Shown here: piece by piece, positions 47,343-55,835 of the stretch
Layout: the number at the start of each line of letters is the position of its first letter
How positions within the stretch are numbered: the stretch's first letter is position 1
Assembly: GCA_947497245.1 (NCBI GenBank)
Contig: CANMFO010000004.1
Coordinates: 119,759-183,758, forward strand
DNA length: 64,000 nt
Source: an uncultured Flavobacteriaceae bacterium
Lineage (GTDB): Bacteria; Bacteroidota; Bacteroidia; Flavobacteriales; Flavobacteriaceae
Direction: 5' to 3'
The notes under the pieces: model-generated
Database searches by the model: none
What the model saw: only the letters and a program-made list of their open reading frames with translations
Told to the model about the DNA's origin: nothing
Made by a program: the position numbers and the translations under genes

Positions 47343-47810
47343 ATGGAAAACAAGACGAGCAGAAGGGCTTCCTTCAAGAAAATGGGCATGGGATTGGCAG
47401 CGCTCTTTGGCGTTGGCACAGTAGGTGCCATGGACAAAAAAGTAAGCAGGAAAGAAGTGGTCGGGCCCATCGTGACCGATCAGGACATACCCCTGTTCTC
47501 TGGAGGGGTAAAACATGGAAACACCTTGTACATCGCTGGAAAGGGCGCCCACTTTGACGGGGACATCAAATCACATACCGACCATGTCCTCAAGGAACTC
47601 GAAAAGGAGCTGGTAAGAAATGGGTCCTCCATGGAGCAGGTATTGAAGGTAAATGTATATCTGGCGGATTTGGCCGATTACAAGGGAATGAACGAAGTGT
47701 TCCGGGGCCGTTTTGGCAAAAATCCACCGGTGCGAACCACAGTGGCCACCTATGGCGGGGTTCCCGGAGATTCGTTGGTAGAGATGGACTGCATCGCGGC
47801 AGTGGATTAA
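47343..47810 (+). CDS. RidA/YjgF-family protein with a Tat-like leader
   Basis: SRRASFKKMGMGLAALFGVG leader. The RidA core has GNTLYIAGKGA...VNVYLADLADYKGMNEVF...PVRTTV...VEMDCIA. Confidence 0.7.
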   Translation: MENKTSRRASFKKMGMGLAALFGVGTVGAMDKKVSRKEVVGPIVTDQDIPLFSGGVKHGNTLYIAGKGAHFDGDIKSHTDHVLKELEKELVRNGSSMEQVLKVNVYLADLADYKGMNEVFRGRFGKNPPVRTTVATYGGVPGDSLVEMDCIAAVD

Positions 47811-47827
47811 TCGTAAAAAAGACAATC

Positions 47828-49042
47828 ATGATCAGTAGAAGAAAATTATTAAAGACCTTATCAAGCGTTCCCGTAATGGGCGGATTGGTCGGAACGGGAT
47901 TATTGACCCCACAATTGATGAAAGCGGCCGTTGCCCAACCGGCCGAGCGGAACTTCTTTAAGGAACTGGGCCTCCGGACCTTTATCAATGCTGCCGGGAC
48001 CTATACCTCCATGACCGGCTCCTTGATGTCGAAGGAAGTAACTTCGGCAATCGCCTATGGAGCGACCGAGTACGTAAATCTCGATCAACTTCACGATAAG
48101 GTGGGCGAACGCATCGCCGAACTCTTGGAATGCGAGTACGCTACAGTGTCCTCGGGAGCTTTTGGGGCCATGACCATTGGTTTGGCCGGGGTAATATGCG
48201 GGATGGACGAAGAGAAAGTGGCGCAGCTTCCCGATACAAATGGACTTAAGAACGAAGTAATAGTACAGGAAGGGCATAATATCGGCTATACGCACGCTTT
48301 GACCAATACCGGGGCAAAATTGGTCAAGGTCAAAACCGCAAAGGAGCTGGAAAAAGCGATCAACAAGAAAACCGCCATGCTCTGGTTTTTGAACGCCAAC
48401 ACAGAAGAGGGAGAGATAAATAGAGAAGAATTTGTCGCCTTGGGCAAAAAGCATGGCATCCCCACATTTATAGACTGCGCGGCAGACGTACCCCCAGTGG
48501 AAAACCTGTTCAAGTTCACCAAGATGGGATTTGATCTCGTGGCGTTTTCCGGAGGAAAGGGCATCCGTGGTCCGCAGAGTGCCGGTCTGTTGTTGGGCAA
48601 AAGAAAATACATAGAAGCAGCAAGGTTGCACACTCCCCCACGCGGTACGACCATTGCCAGGGGAATGAAGGTGAACAAGGAAGAGGTCCTGGGCATGTTG
48701 GTGGCCCTTGAACTTTACTTGGCCAAGGACCATAAAAAAGAATGGGAACTTTGGGAAAACCAGATCAAGCTGATAAGCGACAGTGCATTGTCGGTTGAAG
48801 GGGTGCAGACCGAGATACACGTGCCCCCACATGCAAACCATGTGCCTTCCCTTCGGATCAAGTGGGACGCGAAAAAGGTCAAGATCAGTCCGGCGGACGC
48901 ACGTAAAAAGTTAATGGACGGCCATCCGGCCATTGCCACGGTGGGCAATGATGAAATGATAGGGATGACCACTTGGATGATGGAGCCGGGTCAGGAGCGG
49001 ACTGTCGCCAAACGCATAAAAGAAGTATTGTCGAGTACCTGA
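47828..49042 (+). CDS. SelA/DgaE-like PLP-dependent enzyme (putative ammonia-lyase) with a Tat signal
   Basis: MISRRKLLKTLSSVPVMGGL leader. FSGGKGIRGPQSAGLLLGKRKYI matches the PLP-lysine block of the SelA / D-glucosaminate-6-phosphate ammonia-lyase family. Confidence 0.6.
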   Translation: MISRRKLLKTLSSVPVMGGLVGTGLLTPQLMKAAVAQPAERNFFKELGLRTFINAAGTYTSMTGSLMSKEVTSAIAYGATEYVNLDQLHDKVGERIAELLECEYATVSSGAFGAMTIGLAGVICGMDEEKVAQLPDTNGLKNEVIVQEGHNIGYTHALTNTGAKLVKVKTAKELEKAINKKTAMLWFLNANTEEGEINREEFVALGKKHGIPTFIDCAADVPPVENLFKFTKMGFDLVAFSGGKGIRGPQSAGLLLGKRKYIEAARLHTPPRGTTIARGMKVNKEEVLGMLVALELYLAKDHKKEWELWENQIKLISDSALSVEGVQTEIHVPPHANHVPSLRIKWDAKKVKISPADARKKLMDGHPAIATVGNDEMIGMTTWMMEPGQERTVAKRIKEVLSST

Positions 49043-49066
49043 TAAACAGAAAACAAACCCAGCCAT

Positions 49067-49651
49067 ATGAGAAATTCTTTTTTGATCCTGCTATTGTCCA
49101 TTGTATTGGTTTCCTGCAACGAGGTCCAAGACCGCCAGATGGAGGCCCAGGCCGAAGATAAGGTTGCCGAGATCATTCCGGAGGGGTATGATCCCGAGGC
49201 AAAACTCCAGGAACTGGGCATTCAATTGAGCACCCCTTCGGCTCCGGTAGCAAATTACGTGAATGCCGTTCGCACGGGGAATCTTATTTTTTTGGCGGGC
49301 AAAGGCCCTTTGAAGCCCGACGGTGAAAACATCACGGGAAAACTGGGAGCGGACCTGACCATAGAAGAGGGCTACGAAGCGGCTCGGATTACCGGAATCA
49401 ATCAGCTTTCGGTTCTAAAGGCCGAACTTGGCAATTTGAACAAGGTAAAACGAATCGTAAAAGTAAAGGGCATGGTCAATGCCACTCCGGATTTTGCCGA
49501 CCAGCCCAAAGTGGTCAATGGATATTCCGATTTAATGGTGGCCGTTTTTGGAGAACGAGGAAAACATGCCAGAGCAGCCGTGGGAATGGGCTCTTTACCC
49601 GGTAACATTGCCGTGGAGATCGATATGGTCGTCGAACTCTGGGAAGAATAA
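49067..49651 (+). CDS. RidA/YjgF-family protein, lipoprotein signal
   Basis: Lipobox LLSIVLVSCNE. The RidA-like core has VRTGNLIFLAGKGP...RAAVGMGSLPGNIAVEIDMVVE. Confidence 0.7.
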   Translation: MRNSFLILLLSIVLVSCNEVQDRQMEAQAEDKVAEIIPEGYDPEAKLQELGIQLSTPSAPVANYVNAVRTGNLIFLAGKGPLKPDGENITGKLGADLTIEEGYEAARITGINQLSVLKAELGNLNKVKRIVKVKGMVNATPDFADQPKVVNGYSDLMVAVFGERGKHARAAVGMGSLPGNIAVEIDMVVELWEE

Positions 49652-49665
49652 TACCCATTGGAACT

Positions 49666-50667
49666 ATGACCCGGCGATGGCAGACCACTTCCTTTCTTTT
49701 AAGCTGCAGCGCCCTACTTTTCCTTATTGGGCCACTGGCGGGTTGCAAGCCCGACACCAAAGAACCCGAGTTTCTGTTCAGGGCCAGCCTTTTGGTAGGC
49801 GAGGACCATACTTGGTACCAGGCTGTGGCCTTTTTTGCGGAAATTCTGGAAGAACGTTCGGATGGCAGGTTAAAACTCCAAGTATACCCATCGGAACAAT
49901 TGGCGAAGGAAATAGAGGCCATACGTTTAATACGGGCCGGTGTGATCGACATGACCCTGACCGGTTCCACATTGAGCAATTGGAAAGAGGTGATGGCCTT
50001 TTGCGAACTGCCGTTTCTGCTCAAGGATTCCACGGAGATGAAAGTTTTGATCAATGGTCCCGTCGGTAAGCGAATGGAAGAGGCGATGCTCCAAATAGGT
50101 TTACGGCCATTGGGCTATTTTCAGCGGGGGGAACGGCATTTGACCTCCAATCGACCGATAAAGCACCCCGATGACCTCGATGGCTTGATAATTCGCGTCC
50201 CCAATGTGCCTACCTTTGTAACGGCTTGGAGTACCCTGGGCGCCAAACCCACTCCGATGTCGTTTTCCGAAGTCTTTACCTCTTTACAGCAAGGAACCAT
50301 TGAGGCCCAGGAAAATCCTTTTGCCATGATTAAAAACGCTGGTTTTGCGGAAGTGCAACAGTACATTAACCTGACCAGCCATGTGGTGAGCTGGACGTAT
50401 CCCGTAATAGGTGAAAAGCAGTTCCAAAAGTTGCCAGATGACCTAAAGAAGATCCTTTTGGACGCCTCGCGTGACATGCAGACCTACGAACACCAACTAT
50501 TTATAGAAAATGAAAAGAGCGTCCAGGACGAATTGAAGGCCAAGGGCATGGAATTTATCGAGGTCGACAAGGAAGCCTTCATCCAAAAGTGCGAACCGGG
50601 CATTTATGAAAGCCTTTCCCCACCAATGAAGGAAGTGTACAACCAAATAAAGGACGAACTGAAATGA
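49666..50667 (+). CDS. dctP: TRAP transporter substrate-binding protein
   Basis: Lipoprotein leader, DctP-like length and blocks (QENPFAMI). It lies directly upstream of the Q and M genes, with an ATGA overlap at 50664-50667. Confidence 0.8.
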   Translation: MTRRWQTTSFLLSCSALLFLIGPLAGCKPDTKEPEFLFRASLLVGEDHTWYQAVAFFAEILEERSDGRLKLQVYPSEQLAKEIEAIRLIRAGVIDMTLTGSTLSNWKEVMAFCELPFLLKDSTEMKVLINGPVGKRMEEAMLQIGLRPLGYFQRGERHLTSNRPIKHPDDLDGLIIRVPNVPTFVTAWSTLGAKPTPMSFSEVFTSLQQGTIEAQENPFAMIKNAGFAEVQQYINLTSHVVSWTYPVIGEKQFQKLPDDLKKILLDASRDMQTYEHQLFIENEKSVQDELKAKGMEFIEVDKEAFIQKCEPGIYESLSPPMKEVYNQIKDELK

Positions 50668-51131
50668 GGCTGTACAAAACCGTGGGCAGATTTCTCAAAA
50701 TCGGCACCCTATTGAGCACGACGGGTTTGATCGCCACCGTATCCCTTCAGATATTCGCGCGTTTCTTTTTGGCCAATGCCCCCTCTTGGACAGAGGAGGC
50801 GTCCCGTATTTTTTTCATTTATGCCGTCTCCTTTGCCGCTGGATTGGCACTGAAAACCAACTATTATGTGCATCTTGATATGTTCTACAACTCCTTTCCC
50901 CCCAAAATGAAGCGGATCCTTAATTTGATCATACCAATGGTCACCTTTTTACTGTTCGCCCTTATGGACATTTATGCCGTGCAGCTCGTCATGATCGGAT
51001 TGCCGGAAAGATCGCCCAGTTTGGGGGTCCCTATGGCCTTTGCGTTTTTTAGCATGTTCATTATGGCAACGGCGATCTGTTTTTATGCCTGGGAAAAGAT
51101 CAAAAGAGAACTAAAAAACCACAAACCATGA
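50664..51131 (+). CDS. dctQ: TRAP transporter small permease
   Basis: 155 aa with 4 TM segments, located between the P and M components. ATGA overlap at 51128-51131. Confidence 0.75.
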   Translation: MRLYKTVGRFLKIGTLLSTTGLIATVSLQIFARFFLANAPSWTEEASRIFFIYAVSFAAGLALKTNYYVHLDMFYNSFPPKMKRILNLIIPMVTFLLFALMDIYAVQLVMIGLPERSPSLGVPMAFAFFSMFIMATAICFYAWEKIKRELKNHKP

Positions 51132-52402
51132 TTTGGATACTGATAACCGTTTTTGTGGCCTGCTTGATCCTAAGGTATCCCATCGCATTTTCACTGGGCT
51201 TTTCCTGTCTGATCTACCTTTTGTTCAAGGGAATTCCCTTGCTCATTGTTCCCATGAAAATGTACTCCGGCATAGATGTGTTTGTGCTGTTGAGCATACC
51301 GGGTTTCATCATTGCGGGAAATCTGATGAACCAAGGTGGGCTTACGGAGAAGATCATTCGATTTTGCAACCATCTTTTGGGTCATATCAGGGGCGGGCTA
51401 TCTTTAGTGAACATTGGGGCATCCATGCTGTTTGCGGGCATTTCGGGTACCGCCATTTCCGATACGGCCAGTATGGGGTCCATTATGATACCGGCCATGA
51501 AAAAAGAGGGCTACGATGCCGATTTTTCCTGCGCCGTCACGGCGGCATCCTCTACCGTTGGCCCCATAATTCCACCGAGTGTGCCCATGATCATTGCAGC
51601 GACCCTTAGCGGTCTTTCGGTTGGAAAGCTTTTTTTGGCGGGGGCCATTCCCGGATTGCTGCTGGGTCTGGGACTTATGGTCATGGCCTATCTTATTGCG
51701 AAACGGAAAAAGTACCCCAAGCACCCACGAAGTAGTATTGGCCAGATAGCACGGGGTTTTGTCGATACTTTTTGGTCGCTCTTGATGACCTTCATTATCC
51801 TCTTTGGCATTATTGGGGGAATCTTCACGCCAACGGAGGCTTCGGTCATCGCCATTGTGTACGCCCTGGTCATCGGAAAGTTCGTATATGGAAGATTGAC
51901 CTTCAAAAACGTTCAGATCGTACTTTTGGATTCGATGAAAACATCGGCTTCGCTGATGGTCTTGGTGGGTTTTGCCAACCTTTTCGGATGGATATTGATC
52001 ACCGAGCAGATACCACAGACCATATCGAGTGAGATTCTTGGATTTACGACCAACAAGTATGTGGTACTGCTGCTTATCAACATTTTGTTGATTGCCGTGG
52101 GTACCTTTATGGAGACCATTGCTGCCTTGCTCATCCTGTTCCCGATTTTGTTGAAGGTGGCCGTTTCCGTGGAGGTAGACCCGATCCATTTTGCCGTCAT
52201 TGCGGTGCTGAACCTGATTATTGGCCTTACCACGCCACCGGTAGGGGTCTGTCTTTTTGTGGCCTCCAGTATCGGGAAGGTTTCCATCGGGAAGGTCAGT
52301 CGGGCCGGCTTCCCTTTTTTGATGGTGAGTTTATTGGTTCTGGTTTTGGTGACCTTGTTCCCATCCCTGTCGCTTGCGCTGCCCAACCTTTTTATGGATT
52401 AA
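51128..52402 (+). CDS. dctM: TRAP transporter large permease
   Basis: 424 aa and polytopic, with DctM-typical blocks (GGLTEKIIRF, LFAGISGTAISDTASMGSIMIPAM). Confidence 0.85.
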   Translation: MIWILITVFVACLILRYPIAFSLGFSCLIYLLFKGIPLLIVPMKMYSGIDVFVLLSIPGFIIAGNLMNQGGLTEKIIRFCNHLLGHIRGGLSLVNIGASMLFAGISGTAISDTASMGSIMIPAMKKEGYDADFSCAVTAASSTVGPIIPPSVPMIIAATLSGLSVGKLFLAGAIPGLLLGLGLMVMAYLIAKRKKYPKHPRSSIGQIARGFVDTFWSLLMTFIILFGIIGGIFTPTEASVIAIVYALVIGKFVYGRLTFKNVQIVLLDSMKTSASLMVLVGFANLFGWILITEQIPQTISSEILGFTTNKYVVLLLINILLIAVGTFMETIAALLILFPILLKVAVSVEVDPIHFAVIAVLNLIIGLTTPPVGVCLFVASSIGKVSIGKVSRAGFPFLMVSLLVLVLVTLFPSLSLALPNLFMD

Positions 52403-52526
52403 GGACCCTTTTTTAACCCGCTACTTTCGATCCCCAATTTTTTGGAACCATAATTACGATTCAAAACTTTCCGTAAGCGAGAAGCTCTGAAAACCGGTTT
52501 GCCCCGATTTTAAAAACGCTTTGGGA

Positions 52527-53510
52527 TCATATACTTCCATAGGTGTCCAGGATGATCTTATGGGTATCTTCCTTCGATTTGAACACATCAAAAGTACGAC
52601 CCTGGGTACGCATGGCCCCCAAGGTGTTGGCATATTTTGCGGCCCGTATGTAATTGGTGGGGTCTTCCAAGAGGCCGTACCCCAATCCACCCGCAAACGA
52701 ATCCCCGCATCCCGTGGTGTCCACCACATGGTCCACTTTTACCGAAGGAACGATTTCTTGATGTATCTTTTCCCCTTTCTTGAAAAACACCGCCCCGCCT
52801 TCCGAATCCAAGGTAACGATCAGCGACTTGACCCCATGATCCAGGGCATGCTTGGCAAATGGTTGCAAATGTCCGGTATCCTTCCCGTTGAAGGGAGTAA
52901 GATTTTCCAGTTGATACTCACTTTCGAACCAACAGCATTTGGACTCCTCCAGATTCATTTTTAGCACGTCGATAAAAGGCAGCCACTGGTTGCGGTCGAC
53001 CCAGAACTTTATGAACCTATCCCCCAAGGCTGTTACCGTACAAGTAGGCCCGTGGGCATCGAAAATCACCACGCCCTTGCTATTTTCCTTAATGTATTTC
53101 AAGGTTTCCAGGGGCACCTCATAGTCCGTTATGGGAACGCATACGAACACGTTGCAGTGCAGCAGTTGTTCGATGTCCTCCGGAACGATGGGGTTCATAA
53201 AACCGGTCTGTTTTTCCAAACGGTTGTTTTGATCTAGGAACGTCAAACTGATAACGTCGCCCTGATCGGCATCGGAGGTAATATGCTCACTGTTGATATT
53301 GGGATAATCGGCCAAAATTTCCTTTATGGCCCCTTCGTCCTTCTTTCTCACATGGGATACCAGGAACACCGTACCCTCATCACCCAGGAGTTTGGCCAGG
53401 CCAATGGCCGTATGCATGGCGCACCCGTATTTTTCGATGACCTCGCCTTTATGGGTCGTGATGTGATCTCTTGGGATCGGGCCTAGAACGGCAACGTTAT
53501 ATTTGGACAT
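52527..53510 (-). CDS. PfkB-family carbohydrate kinase
   Basis: C-terminal ATP/anion-hole motif VVDTTGCGDSFAGG. No export signal. Confidence 0.8.
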   Translation of the reverse strand: MSKYNVAVLGPIPRDHITTHKGEVIEKYGCAMHTAIGLAKLLGDEGTVFLVSHVRKKDEGAIKEILADYPNINSEHITSDADQGDVISLTFLDQNNRLEKQTGFMNPIVPEDIEQLLHCNVFVCVPITDYEVPLETLKYIKENSKGVVIFDAHGPTCTVTALGDRFIKFWVDRNQWLPFIDVLKMNLEESKCCWFESEYQLENLTPFNGKDTGHLQPFAKHALDHGVKSLIVTLDSEGGAVFFKKGEKIHQEIVPSVKVDHVVDTTGCGDSFAGGLGYGLLEDPTNYIRAAKYANTLGAMRTQGRTFDVFKSKEDTHKIILDTYGSI

Positions 53511-53691
53511 ATGATCTTGTTAACAGCACGGTTTCGGATATAGTTCGAACGTACCTATTGGTTTTTTCCGATGTCGGTGTTCGAAATCCTATGGAAAATA
53601 CAAAAATTTACAGGACGACCCATACGAAATGCATAATTTAGCGAAAAGGCCCAAACCATTGATGTATCCACTTGTACCAAAAATTGAACGG

Positions 53692-54522
53692 ATGTATAAG
53701 ACCCTTGCCTTCGGTTTACTAATTCTTTTTACCTCACTGACCACTAGCGCCCAGACCAGGGAATATGACCTGATAGAGGATGTGGCATACTACGATGGCA
53801 CGGTCCGGGATGGCGACCCGTACATTATCGAACGTTGCAAGTTGGACGTCTACTATCCCAAGGATACGGTCGGTGCTTCGACAGTAATCTGGTTCCATGG
53901 CGGGGGATTGGAGTTTGGGCAAAAACATATTCCCGAAGGACTAAAGGAAAAAGGAGTGGTCGTGGTAACCGTGAATTATCGGTTGCACCCCAAGGTAAAG
54001 CACCCTTCCTATATCGAAGATGCGGCGGCGGCGGTGGCATGGACTTTTAGGAACATAGAAAGATACCATGGGGATCCGGGCAAGATTTTTGTCACCGGGC
54101 ACTCTGCCGGGGGCTATCTGGCCAGTATGGTGGGGCTCGACAAAAGTTATCTTAAAAAACACGGGCTCGACGCGGACGACATTGCCGGGCTGATTCCGTT
54201 CAGTGGACATACCATTACCCATTTCACCATTAGAAAGGAAATGGGCATCCCAGGGGAACAACCCATTATTGACCGATATGCACCTTTGTTCCATGTGCGG
54301 AAAGAGGCCCCGCCCATGCTCTTGATCACAGGGAACCGCGAATTGGAACTCTTGGGCCGTTACGAAGAAAACGCTTATTTCTATCGGATGATGAAGGTGG
54401 TTGAACACCCGGATATAGAATTGATGGAACTGGATGGATATGGCCACAATATGGTCTATCCCGCCATCCCCTTGTTGCTCGACTTTATAAGGCGCAAAGG
54501 AGGGAATGAAAAAAAGGAATAG
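53692..54522 (+). CDS. alpha/beta hydrolase (esterase/lipase-like), secreted
   Basis: Signal peptide from ATG 53692 (MYKTLAFGLLILFTSLTTSAQ). Oxyanion motif FHGGG and nucleophile elbow GHSAGG. Confidence 0.75.
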   Translation: MYKTLAFGLLILFTSLTTSAQTREYDLIEDVAYYDGTVRDGDPYIIERCKLDVYYPKDTVGASTVIWFHGGGLEFGQKHIPEGLKEKGVVVVTVNYRLHPKVKHPSYIEDAAAAVAWTFRNIERYHGDPGKIFVTGHSAGGYLASMVGLDKSYLKKHGLDADDIAGLIPFSGHTITHFTIRKEMGIPGEQPIIDRYAPLFHVRKEAPPMLLITGNRELELLGRYEENAYFYRMMKVVEHPDIELMELDGYGHNMVYPAIPLLLDFIRRKGGNEKKE

Positions 54523-54526
54523 GCTC

Positions 54527-55513
54527 TTACAATGATCGTATCCCGATTCGTTTTTTGGGCCCTTTTTTCACCGTGTTGACCAATGGTTTTCCAAACAGTT
54601 CCGACTGGATTCGCAGCTGATCTCCGTCCTTGACCTTGATGCCGTCGGAAAAACTGAAGGTTGCAGTGCCAAAAAAATGGCAATGTAGATCACCTGGAAA
54701 ACGGAACAGGTCGTACTTAAAATGATGGTACTCCAAATTCGCCAAACTATGGATCATGTGATCCGACCCACTTAGGAATTCCTTGGTCCATACTTCCTTT
54801 TGGTCCCTGATAACGGATACTTGTCCTTTGATCGAAGCTGGGAAATCCCCTAAAAGAAGTTCCGGACCGAAAGAACATGGTCTTAATTTTGAATGGGCCA
54901 GATAGAGGTAGTTGATCCGTTCCATGATGTGATCGCTGTATTCGTTCCCCAAAGTAAAACCCACACGATGCGGGGTGCCATCCGGACCGATGAGGTAGTG
55001 GCCCGCAATTTCCGGCTCTTCCCCTCCGTCCAAGGCGTGGTCGGGCATTTCCAAACTACCGCCGGGGACCACTACGCTGTGGCCATTTCCCTTATAGAAC
55101 CACTCCGGTTGTACCCCGACCTTACCTAGATCGGGTTTGCCCCCCTCCAATCCCATTTTAAAGATTTTCATGGAATCGGAGAGTTCCCCCTCCTTTTCCA
55201 ATACCTTGTGCATGGCATCGCGAGTCTGAGCGGAACCGGAATGGGTCAATCCTGTTCCGGTAATCCAAAACCGGGCAGGATCGGGATGGCAAATGGGAGA
55301 TAGGAGACGATCGGAACCCAACAATTCCCCATAATCGAAACGCTCGGATGACAGGTTTTCCTGGACCATTTTTTGCAAGGGCTTGCCTGCACTTATGGCT
55401 CCGTTTGCCAATTCATAGGTCGAAGCATAACCGGAAATCAATTGCAGTTCATTCCCTGATACCCTGGCAACGGATGGGTTGTTGTCTTTCGTCAAAAATT
55501 GCACCAATCGCAT
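54527..55513 (-). CDS. fumarylacetoacetate-hydrolase-fold / GguC-like protein (tentative)
   Basis: 328 aa starting MRLVQFLTKDNNPSVARVSGNELQLI, with overall FAH-like organisation. The call is from memory and weak. Confidence 0.4.
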   Translation of the reverse strand: MRLVQFLTKDNNPSVARVSGNELQLISGYASTYELANGAISAGKPLQKMVQENLSSERFDYGELLGSDRLLSPICHPDPARFWITGTGLTHSGSAQTRDAMHKVLEKEGELSDSMKIFKMGLEGGKPDLGKVGVQPEWFYKGNGHSVVVPGGSLEMPDHALDGGEEPEIAGHYLIGPDGTPHRVGFTLGNEYSDHIMERINYLYLAHSKLRPCSFGPELLLGDFPASIKGQVSVIRDQKEVWTKEFLSGSDHMIHSLANLEYHHFKYDLFRFPGDLHCHFFGTATFSFSDGIKVKDGDQLRIQSELFGKPLVNTVKKGPKKRIGIRSL

Positions 55514-55835
55514 AGGTTTGTATTAAAATTGGATTTCCTTCCCGGTCGACTTCACCGTAACCGATTTAAAATTGTCTTCGTTAAGATACGCATCGTTCTT
55601 CTATTAGAGGCGATATAGGGTCCCATTCCCGCCCAAAGCATCCTGCCTTCCAAAAGCATGGCGCCCTTTTTTCACTTCGGCTTGGGTAGGATCCAATTGG
55701 GACAGATCCAAAAGTTCATCGGCCCTTTTCCGTCCCCTGGGTGAAATCGGCATCGCATTCCATGGCCTTCGGACTTGATGTGGGAAATCGTGGCTGTTGC
55801 TTCGGCGGACGCTCCGGTACCGTGCTGCCATCCAG

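Noticed and set aside
47828-49042. The PLP enzyme as a genuine selenocysteine synthase SelA
   Set aside because: It carries a Tat export leader and is shorter than SelA. It sits among RidA/RraA/transporter genes, with no selB, selD or tRNA-Sec nearby. A DgaE-like lyase is the more consistent reading.
55604-55831. 75-aa ORF annotated as a real small protein
   Set aside because: Its first half is Arg-rich and non-protein-like, and its start overlaps the end region of the SSS gene with no plausible initiation context. I keep it only as a possible pseudogene remnant in the findings.
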